The notes beneath the pieces were generated by a model. The model did no database searches and was not told the DNA's origin. It was given only the letters and a program-made list of their open reading frames with translations. Below are positions 17,020-24,319 of a stretch of DNA of 25,330 nucleotides, piece by piece (position 1 is the stretch's first letter; every line of letters starts with the position of its first letter). The translations under genes were made by a program, and so were the position numbers. The DNA is from a virus (taxonomy: Duplodnaviria > Caudoviricetes). The DNA is taken from positions 1-25,330 of the IMG/VR virus record IMGVR_UViG_3300032221_000201; one strand, given 5' to 3'.

Positions 17020-19911
17020 TTATATATCTTGGAACTTTTTAGGATTATTCCAAGGATAATTTGTTCCTGCATTTGGTATAGGTTGTACATTTGGGTTAGG
17101 AGCAGGCGACGGCGTAGGTGACGGCGTAGGTGCAGATCTTGGAGTAGGAGTATTGTTTGGAGTAAATTTGTTTGATGGAGGAGGAGCATTTCCTAGTCCA
17201 TATTGATTTTTACCTGACTTATTAGAGGAAGAACCTAAAGCCGGTTTTATGTAACTGTCAACATGCTGTTGTACTGCTTCCGTTATGCCTCTTTTTGTAA
17301 TTTTACCATTTATTCCGCCATATCTCCATTTAGGATTAGCATGCCATGCTCTTGAACCTCTTTTATAAACTTCCTGATCATCCTTAACTCTAACTTTAGC
17401 CGGAGCAGCTACTAACATGTAAAGATCCCCTAGATTTTTAGGTGAACCATACTGACCTGCTCTCTTATCAAAGTATTTTTCTACATAATCCATTTGTTCA
17501 GATCTACTCATGTTTGCTAGAGCAGCGGTAGTTGTTCCAACCATCTTAGCTTCATCTTTGCCCATTTGTATCAATCCTACTCTGTGACCACTTGGATTTC
17601 TTTTACTAGGATTCATAGAATTAGCTGATTCAATAGCAATTACACCTAAAACATCTTCTTTTTTAAGACCAAATTTTCCTGCAATTTTTTCAGCTTTACT
17701 TAAAAATTCTTGATCTTTTGCCCAATTTAATGGAAATCTTTCTAAGTACTCTTTATGAACAGGTCCTACTGCATTAGATTTAGCTTTATTTGCAATTGTT
17801 TCACCACCCCAACGATATGCTACTTGTAAGGTTCCATCTTTTTCTCCTCCTGCATCATATCCTACATCTGCGTGATCTGAATTTCTTCTAATATTATATT
17901 GTTTGCCATCTGGAGCATTATGTACTGGGTTAAGTGAATCTGTTACTTCTGACCTTACTCTTGCAGGATTTTTATTTTCTGCCATTGCCATAGGTTGTTT
18001 AACCGGAACTGCTTTATTTAAATCCCAACCTGCTTCTGTTGTATATCCAACAAGATCGATAGGATAGTCGCCAGGTCCGCCTGATGTTCCAGCACTTGCA
18101 GAACCTGTTGCATAGTGAGCTTTTACTGGATATTTTGCAGTTGTAATGTCTTTATCTGCGGCGGCTGGTGTTAAAGGTTCATTTCCGTTTAGATGTAGAT
18201 CACCGCCGGAAGTTTTAAGAGCTATTCCTCCACCACTACTACCGCCTATAGAAATCTTGCCTCCGGCGCCGCCTAGGGCAAGAGAGCTGTCTGAGCTAGA
18301 TATACTAGTACCAGCTTTTGATGTAAGATTAGTAGCAGCACCAGAATTAATACTTGTAGATCCTCCTGTTTCTATAGTTGCTGATGCTCCTGTTTTAAGG
18401 AATGCATTTTTAGATGCTGCCATTGTAAGATCACCGCCTGGTGCAGATATATCCATATATTTTCCACTCAATCTCATATCAGAATCAGATCCTAAATGAG
18501 CTTCATTTGTAGCTGACAATATCATGTTTCTACAATTAACCTCAAAATTTGCACCTGTACAATCAATGATTAAATTACCACCAACTTTCCATTCATAAGA
18601 TGATGTTGAAAAAGATGCAGACTGCGCTTTAAGCTCATGTCCAAAAGCCGCAGTTGTGACCATATTAGTTCCTGCATTATGAGATATATCACCGTCAGCT
18701 GAAGCAAAAATAGATTGTTTTGTTGTCTGTGTTATAGATCCATCGACATTAGCAACTTTTTGTCCAGTTACTTTTTCATGAACGTTTCTGCCTACCGTAT
18801 ATTGTATATCACGTCTTGCACTAAAATTAACGTCTCCTCCTGAACTAAATGATACACCATCTTGTGCATACATTTGAATTTTACCTTCAGATGTAAATTC
18901 CATCCAGGCGGTGCCTCTTGAATTAGTAATATAAATTAAGTCTTCTGAACTATGTAAAAGAATTTGAGCACCTTTACGTGTTCTAATTCTAATTTGTTCA
19001 TCCATAGGAAAATCAACTAAACCTTCTTCACCTTTTTCAAGATCGGCATATTCCGGTGGTCCTTCCCAAGGTCTTGTTTTTCTTAAAAAACGATCATTAC
19101 CATCATCCATGATAATACAATGTCCGCCCATGCGGCTAACAAATTTGTCAATCTTATCGTTAATTTTACCTATCTTACCTTTTTTAGCACCCTTACGTTT
19201 ATCAATAGGACCTGGTGTACTCCAACCATAAACATTACTTGGACTTTCACGTCTTGCCGAACTTGTAGTATGACCACGAGCGTCATCTTTTTCAAGTCCT
19301 TGTGTAAGTAATCTTTCAGCAAGCGGATGTACTGGTTTCTTATTTGCTTCTACGTTAGGATTAGGACTTGCATTTCCTTCTTTGAAAATTCTTCTGTTAA
19401 CTTCGCCAACAGGTAACTTTGTAATTTCTTCACCGTATCTAGTCTTTGTTTGTTCAACATTTTGCCATTCGATATCGTCATTACCTCTAACTTTGTCTTG
19501 GAAGAATGTACTAGAAGCAATACCGGGAATCATAAAATTCATTAATGCATCTTGAACACAACCTATCCAAAATCCTTGACCTGGATCACTATCAACAAAT
19601 ATAACCATAACAGTTACACCTACGTCAGGTGGTACTGCCCAAAATCCATAACTCTTTTGTGTATCATTAAATTCTGTAGGATCTGTTCCTGTTACGTCTA
19701 AAGGTGTCACTCCATAGAACGGACTTAGATATCTTACAATAAAAAGTTGTTGACCTTCTTCTTTTTGATTACCAATTGGTCTTAATAATTCAACTTCTAA
19801 TGCCCCTTGCTTCATAGGATCAACATTGTTAACTATTCTAGCAAGATAAGGGCCTGGATTAGGTAATAATGTTGAATTAATTAAACTAGGCGATCTTCTA
19901 TCAACTGACAT
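17020..19911 (-). CDS. gp5: Baseplate central spike, gp5/VgrG-like, with C-terminal lysozyme-like (SLT-type) domain and Pro-rich tail
   Basis: N-terminal OB-fold-like motif (GPYLARIVNNVDP...YLSPFYG...SYGFWAVPPDVGVTVMVIF...FWIG), then Ser/Gly/Thr-rich beta-helix-type repeats ending DLHLNG. These are followed by 'VIAIES...VGLIQ...EQMDYVEKYF...DLYM', a lytic-transglycosylase-like segment. Lies upstream of gp25, with an AAGGA RBS. Confidence 0.8.
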   Translation of the reverse strand: MSVDRRSPSLINSTLLPNPGPYLARIVNNVDPMKQGALEVELLRPIGNQKEEGQQLFIVRYLSPFYGVTPLDVTGTDPTEFNDTQKSYGFWAVPPDVGVTVMVIFVDSDPGQGFWIGCVQDALMNFMIPGIASSTFFQDKVRGNDDIEWQNVEQTKTRYGEEITKLPVGEVNRRIFKEGNASPNPNVEANKKPVHPLAERLLTQGLEKDDARGHTTSSARRESPSNVYGWSTPGPIDKRKGAKKGKIGKINDKIDKFVSRMGGHCIIMDDGNDRFLRKTRPWEGPPEYADLEKGEEGLVDFPMDEQIRIRTRKGAQILLHSSEDLIYITNSRGTAWMEFTSEGKIQMYAQDGVSFSSGGDVNFSARRDIQYTVGRNVHEKVTGQKVANVDGSITQTTKQSIFASADGDISHNAGTNMVTTAAFGHELKAQSASFSTSSYEWKVGGNLIIDCTGANFEVNCRNMILSATNEAHLGSDSDMRLSGKYMDISAPGGDLTMAASKNAFLKTGASATIETGGSTSINSGAATNLTSKAGTSISSSDSSLALGGAGGKISIGGSSGGGIALKTSGGDLHLNGNEPLTPAAADKDITTAKYPVKAHYATGSASAGTSGGPGDYPIDLVGYTTEAGWDLNKAVPVKQPMAMAENKNPARVRSEVTDSLNPVHNAPDGKQYNIRRNSDHADVGYDAGGEKDGTLQVAYRWGGETIANKAKSNAVGPVHKEYLERFPLNWAKDQEFLSKAEKIAGKFGLKKEDVLGVIAIESANSMNPSKRNPSGHRVGLIQMGKDEAKMVGTTTAALANMSRSEQMDYVEKYFDKRAGQYGSPKNLGDLYMLVAAPAKVRVKDDQEVYKRGSRAWHANPKWRYGGINGKITKRGITEAVQQHVDSYIKPALGSSSNKSGKNQYGLGNAPPPSNKFTPNNTPTPRSAPTPSPTPSPAPNPNVQPIPNAGTNYPWNNPKKFQDI
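17108..17131. repeat. 12-bp tandem duplication (GACGGCGTAGGT x2) encoding PTPS-PTPS in the gp5 Pro-rich tail
   Basis: Read directly at 17108-17119 and 17120-17131. Confidence 0.85.
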
Positions 19912-19925
19912 TGTTTTTCCTTCTA

Positions 19926-22241
19926 TTAAAATGGCCTATCTGGTTCTTCTATAACAGGACTGTTATCTCGAGGTCTACCAGGACCTGGTACACTAGGGGA
20001 TCCTCCTTGTCCTGTTCTAGGTCCTCCTTGACCTCTATCACTTGGTCTTCCTTGTCCACCTTGACCTCCTTGACCTTGTTCTCTTCCGGGTCTTCCGCCG
20101 GTATCAGGATTAAGTAATCCTGCAGAATAACTATCACCTGCTGCACTTCCTGAATTTTCTTGAGCTCGCTTTTGACGTTCTACAAGGAATGGTTTAGCAG
20201 CATCCGCTCCTCCTAATTGCGATCTTAATCTATATCCCTTAACATTTTGAGTAAATTTATTATTATTAAATCTAGACTCAACTTCCGTCACTTGATATAA
20301 TCCGCTCCAAATATCTATACCTTGTTCAAACTTATAAAGTCCTGTAGTAGGGTTAAGATCTATAGGTGTTCTAAAATTAATTATAATTTCTACTTCACCA
20401 TTCTGATAATTCATTGCACCATCACTAAGTTGATTTTCTCCTCTTGCTCCTACAACTAAATTTCCCATACCGCTAGTTGGAATATAATAAGGATCTCCCA
20501 TTATAGTCATATTTAAATTAACCATATCGCCGATATTAGTTAATAGAGCCTGCATAGTTCTTACCTGTGATGTTTTTTCATAGTCTGTGCCTGCTCCTCC
20601 TTGACCTTTATAAAAGAATTGTCTTTGAGCTGATAAAACTTGCGAAGGAACTAATTCACCTGTGCCGCCGCGGCCGCCTGAGCCAGAACCAGCTGCTGTT
20701 CCGCCAAAGTTTGTACCTGTTAATTGAGTTACTGCTGATCCTATTTGATTTATTTGTCCGACCGCAGTAGTAAGTTGAGATACATCTGTCCCAAATACTT
20801 GACCTATTGATGGTAATGCACTCGTAGCTACAGATCCAATACCAAACTGAACTGGACTACCTGCTACTTGGTATGCTAATTCTTTTCCTCCAGCAGTAAT
20901 ACCTCCTTGACTAGGATTGTTCTGTCCAACATTTTCTGATGCATCAGAAGGTACAGGAGTAAAAAATGCCATATCAAAATTAAGTTCTAAGTTCAATATT
21001 TCTGTATTTTTACCTGTATAGATATAATCATAAACTCTAGCCACAGTTCGTTTTAAATTATCGTACCCTGGAGGTTTTGCACCTGGTGGTAAAAATCTAT
21101 GAACATGAACTTTATAAGGTAATACTCTATAGATATACAATCGTTTTTGTCTACCTAATGCTTGGTTTTCTGAAAGATCTAAAACTCTAGTTTCTATTCT
21201 AAACCAGTTTATCATTCCATTAGCATCATGTCTAAACTGTCCATTTTGTATTTGATCAACAATATAATGACTTCTAATTACTACCTCAGTTATAATATCA
21301 GGAATGGTAATTTCTTGGGTAAAATGCCAAACTCTATCCTCTTCTAATTTAAAAGGAGCACTAGCATAGATGTTCTTTTTCCCATCAAATATTTTTTGTA
21401 AGTCTGGAAATTTCTGTACACCATTATTGTCTAAATTATTATAAACCTCAGCATCAGATATAATGTTTCCAGAATTAGCTGAATCTGTATAATCTCTAGG
21501 GAAAGCTATAATGTGTTCATCTGAGTCCTGTATGCTGCCTTTACTATTTTCATTCTTAATAGCTGATTGCATATGATTGTACAAACTAGTAGGTCCAAAA
21601 GCTAATAAATCCCTTACTTTTTTACCACTTATTTTAACGTCTGAAACTCTTTTAACAGTTTGTTCTCTAAACGCATGTTCGTTATAAGGAATAGCTGTAA
21701 TTTCATATGTGGAACCTGTTGTTCCTACATTAAATTTAATACTAATAATCTTAATAGGAATATATCTTGTTAGTTGATCATCTGGTTCGCTAGAACTAGG
21801 TTCTCCATCAACATACCCAGCAAACTCAATCATTAGTAGATATGGTGCTTCTTTAAAACTTAAACCATATCCTGCTTGCTGCGCTGCCTGTTGCATAGTA
21901 AGCATGAATAATCCCATGCTATAAGGTTCAAAAACCTTAAAACTTATCTTTGTTGCAAAAGCATTACCAGTTTTCCTGCTTATAGACGGTATTGAAGCAA
22001 TAATAACATCGTCAATAAAATAATCATAACTGCCGAATGCAGTTCTAGTTCCTTTGTTTCCTATCCCTTGAGATCTACAAATTATATTCTGAACATTAGA
22101 TCTGCTAATACTTTGATTATTAATTTGAGTTTTTGATAATGATGCTAGTGTAAAGAGGCAATTAAATGTTTGAAATTTGTCTAAAGGATTTGTCCCGCCT
22201 TGTTGGCCTAATAAACTTCCTGAATTAGTTGTTAATGCCAT
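19926..22241 (-). CDS. Putative baseplate hub protein (gp27/VgrG N-terminal-like)
   Basis: 771 aa ORF between gp53 and gp5. The C-terminal 'LNMTIMGDPYYI...WSGLYQVTEVESRFNNNKFTQ' resembles the G.P...SG.Y.V..V.H.F pattern of phage hub/late-control-D proteins. The call rests mainly on synteny plus this motif. Confidence 0.65.
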   Translation of the reverse strand: MALTTNSGSLLGQQGGTNPLDKFQTFNCLFTLASLSKTQINNQSISRSNVQNIICRSQGIGNKGTRTAFGSYDYFIDDVIIASIPSISRKTGNAFATKISFKVFEPYSMGLFMLTMQQAAQQAGYGLSFKEAPYLLMIEFAGYVDGEPSSSEPDDQLTRYIPIKIISIKFNVGTTGSTYEITAIPYNEHAFREQTVKRVSDVKISGKKVRDLLAFGPTSLYNHMQSAIKNENSKGSIQDSDEHIIAFPRDYTDSANSGNIISDAEVYNNLDNNGVQKFPDLQKIFDGKKNIYASAPFKLEEDRVWHFTQEITIPDIITEVVIRSHYIVDQIQNGQFRHDANGMINWFRIETRVLDLSENQALGRQKRLYIYRVLPYKVHVHRFLPPGAKPPGYDNLKRTVARVYDYIYTGKNTEILNLELNFDMAFFTPVPSDASENVGQNNPSQGGITAGGKELAYQVAGSPVQFGIGSVATSALPSIGQVFGTDVSQLTTAVGQINQIGSAVTQLTGTNFGGTAAGSGSGGRGGTGELVPSQVLSAQRQFFYKGQGGAGTDYEKTSQVRTMQALLTNIGDMVNLNMTIMGDPYYIPTSGMGNLVVGARGENQLSDGAMNYQNGEVEIIINFRTPIDLNPTTGLYKFEQGIDIWSGLYQVTEVESRFNNNKFTQNVKGYRLRSQLGGADAAKPFLVERQKRAQENSGSAAGDSYSAGLLNPDTGGRPGREQGQGGQGGQGRPSDRGQGGPRTGQGGSPSVPGPGRPRDNSPVIEEPDRPF

Positions 22242-22242
22242 T

Positions 22243-22542
22243 TTACATTCCCAATGCCTGTAACAATAACGACCTCTTTGGTAATTTTATAATTGTTCCG
22301 GATCTAAAATCATAAATTGGATCAAATATCACATCTGCATTTCTTTGCATGAATACCCACCATAGTTTTGGACTGCCGTATAAGTCAAACGCTAATAAGT
22401 CTGGTCTAAAGTTATATTGTGGTTGTATTTTATAATCATAATCATCTGGTTCAGCTGGAATCGGTCTAGGTGTCCACGTGTCCAAATAATCATTACGTAA
22501 ACTTGTATTATAATATAAACTTGTAGTACTGTATTTGGCCAT
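22243..22542 (-). CDS. gp53: Baseplate wedge protein, T4 gp53-like (LysM-like)
   Basis: 99 aa with 'YNFRPDLLAFDLYGSPKLWWVF...N', the gp53/LysM RPD....LYG....W signature. Its start overlaps the upstream stop (TAATG at 22540-22544, minus strand). Confidence 0.82.
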   Translation of the reverse strand: MAKYSTTSLYYNTSLRNDYLDTWTPRPIPAEPDDYDYKIQPQYNFRPDLLAFDLYGSPKLWWVFMQRNADVIFDPIYDFRSGTIIKLPKRSLLLQALGM

Positions 22543-23396
22543 TAGATAAATCCTTTGCCATCATTTCCTAATACTAATTGTCCGTTAGCAAAGGCCATCA
22601 AATTAAAACTTTTTATTTTCTCTCTACTGTAGACAGGTTGTACTGTAACAGAAATATCAGAAGAAACAGGAACATAAGTTACTGAATTTCCTGCGTCGCC
22701 ACCACCTGCTTGAATATAATCAACATCGTTTGGCATTGTTACTGTAAAGTTTTTTATAATACAAGAAACGTCTTTATAAACAAAATCACCGTAACCGTTT
22801 AATGTACAAATAGGTGGAGGATTTCCTAAATATTGTCCTGTTCCAAAAAACATCTTTGTAACTGTTCTTAGAAAATGAACAGCAGCAAGCCAGTATTGAG
22901 CTTCGATTGTGTTTTGAACTGTAAACTTGCCTGTAATTTGTATTTCATCTACCTGACTATTTTTATAAGCATAAAATGGATAATTCATATGTGCAATATC
23001 CATCTGCTGATAATTTGCACTATGACTTATTGTTATCTGAGGAAGATAAGGAAATATCATACCATTAGTTGCACCTAACGGAGACATAACTTGACTTGAA
23101 TTTGTAACAAGAGGACAAGAAATTCTAACTCTCCAATCTTTCTCAGGAGCTGGTTCTGAAAATTGAGCCGCTACTGTAATAAAGTCATAATTTGCTTCTG
23201 CACCATCAGGAATGCCTGAAGATCTCCACTGACTTGCAATTACATTAGGATCATTACCTAATGCCCTATCAGAACTGAGTCCTGTAAGAGAATCTCCTAT
23301 AGCATCCGTAAAAACGTCTTGTGTGCCAACTGTTTCACCTATGCCGCCGGCTGCTAAAACTCTAGCATTAGTTAAATTACCATAAATATCAGGCAT
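22542..23396 (-). CDS. Putative baseplate tail-tube initiator/cap (gp48/gp54-like tube fold)
   Basis: 284 aa containing 'FPYLPQITISHSANY...YKNSQVDEIQITGKF...PPPICTLNGYG', similar to tube-initiator proteins of contractile systems. First gene of the operon, with a strong AAGGAG RBS and a late-promoter box upstream. Confidence 0.6.
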   Translation of the reverse strand: MPDIYGNLTNARVLAAGGIGETVGTQDVFTDAIGDSLTGLSSDRALGNDPNVIASQWRSSGIPDGAEANYDFITVAAQFSEPAPEKDWRVRISCPLVTNSSQVMSPLGATNGMIFPYLPQITISHSANYQQMDIAHMNYPFYAYKNSQVDEIQITGKFTVQNTIEAQYWLAAVHFLRTVTKMFFGTGQYLGNPPPICTLNGYGDFVYKDVSCIIKNFTVTMPNDVDYIQAGGGDAGNSVTYVPVSSDISVTVQPVYSREKIKSFNLMAFANGQLVLGNDGKGFI

Positions 23397-23411
23397 ATTA
23401 ATCTCCTTAAA

Positions 23412-23419
23412 TATTTATT
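23412..23419 (-). promoter_or_regulatory. Putative T4-type late promoter box (AATAAATA) driving the baseplate operon
   Basis: Minus-strand AATAAATA (7/8 match to T4 TATAAATA), ending 15 nt before the ATG at 23396 and upstream of AAGGAG. The same octamer precedes gp6. Confidence 0.65.
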
Positions 23420-23446
23420 GCAATAATTAAATGCTTATATTATACT
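23418..23446 (+). promoter_or_regulatory. Putative sigma70-type promoter for gp55 (TTGCAA-17 nt-TATACT)
   Basis: TTGCAA at 23418-23423, an exact 17-nt spacer, and TATACT at 23441-23446, just upstream of the RBS and the ATG at 23464. Confidence 0.7.
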
Positions 23447-23463
23447 AAGGTTGGAGAACCTTT

Positions 23464-24288
23464 ATGGCTAAAGTAAATTACCTAAATAACAAAGATTTAT
23501 TAGAAGAAATACATAAAAGTAAAGCAACATATTGTAGTTACGTAGATAGTACTTATAGTGAATATGACTTAATTTTACCTACTTTAGAGAAAATAAACAT
23601 ACGTACAATAGCAGAAGCTAAGAAAAATAAAGCAAAAAAGCTAACTGCTAAAGAGTTTGAAAAGCGTAAATTAGCCGGTGATAAAAAAGTAAAACTAAGC
23701 GAATGTGAAATAGACTATAGAAAAATAGAAAAGGCAGATCTTGTATTTCGCATTATGACCTTTGATCATGTACCTCTAGCACCTGGTCGTAAAAAGAAAA
23801 CTAAAACTGTAGCAGATGCTCATGAAAAAGTAAATTTCCCTCCCTTTCAACACTGGAAATTTGACGACAACGGTGTACTAATTTGTGTAGGGAAAAGTCA
23901 CTGGATGGGCGGTATGGAGAACGGACATTTTAGCAAAGAACACGGAAACTTCACAAATAAATTAGCAAAAATGTTTATGAAGCTCTGCGAAAGATATGCT
24001 ACTAGAAGCAATGTTAGAGGTTACACTTATAACGATGAAATGCGTGGTCAAGCAATCTTACAGCTTACTCAGATAGGGCTACAATTTGACGAGTCTAAAT
24101 CAAACAATCCTTTTGCTTATTTTACTGCCGCTGTTACTAATAGTTTTGTTAGAGTTATTAATATAGAAAAGAAGAATCAGAACATCAGAGATGACATTCT
24201 TGAGATGAATAACTTTAATCCTAGCTATACTCGTCAAAGCAATCACGAATGGCAACAAGCGGTAGAACGTCATAAAAGTAAAGATTGA
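23464..24288 (+). CDS. gp55: Late-transcription sigma factor, T4 gp55-like
   Basis: 'NYLNNKDLLEEI' at the N-terminus and 'NVRGYTYNDEM...FDESKSNNPFAYFT...NSFVRVINIEKK' match gp55 motifs. Adjacent to gp47, as in T4-like phages. GGAGA RBS at 23453-23457. Confidence 0.88.
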   Translation: MAKVNYLNNKDLLEEIHKSKATYCSYVDSTYSEYDLILPTLEKINIRTIAEAKKNKAKKLTAKEFEKRKLAGDKKVKLSECEIDYRKIEKADLVFRIMTFDHVPLAPGRKKKTKTVADAHEKVNFPPFQHWKFDDNGVLICVGKSHWMGGMENGHFSKEHGNFTNKLAKMFMKLCERYATRSNVRGYTYNDEMRGQAILQLTQIGLQFDESKSNNPFAYFTAAVTNSFVRVINIEKKNQNIRDDILEMNNFNPSYTRQSNHEWQQAVERHKSKD

Positions 24289-24313
24289 TCTGTTTAATAA
24301 ACTATGCTAATGT
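24285..24313 (+). promoter_or_regulatory. Putative sigma70-type promoter for gp47 (TTGATC-17 nt-TAATGT, extended TGn)
   Basis: TTGATC at 24285-24290 overlaps the gp55 TGA. TG is at 24305-24306 and TAATGT at 24308-24313. The predicted +1 coincides with the A of the ATG at 24320. Confidence 0.45.
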
Positions 24314-24319
24314 CAGTGT

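Noticed and set aside
13072-23396. Bacterial T6SS, eCIS or tailocin locus
   Set aside because: The adjacent gp55 late sigma, gp47 nuclease and T4-type late boxes indicate a T4-related phage genome. No T6SS membrane-complex or ATPase genes are present.
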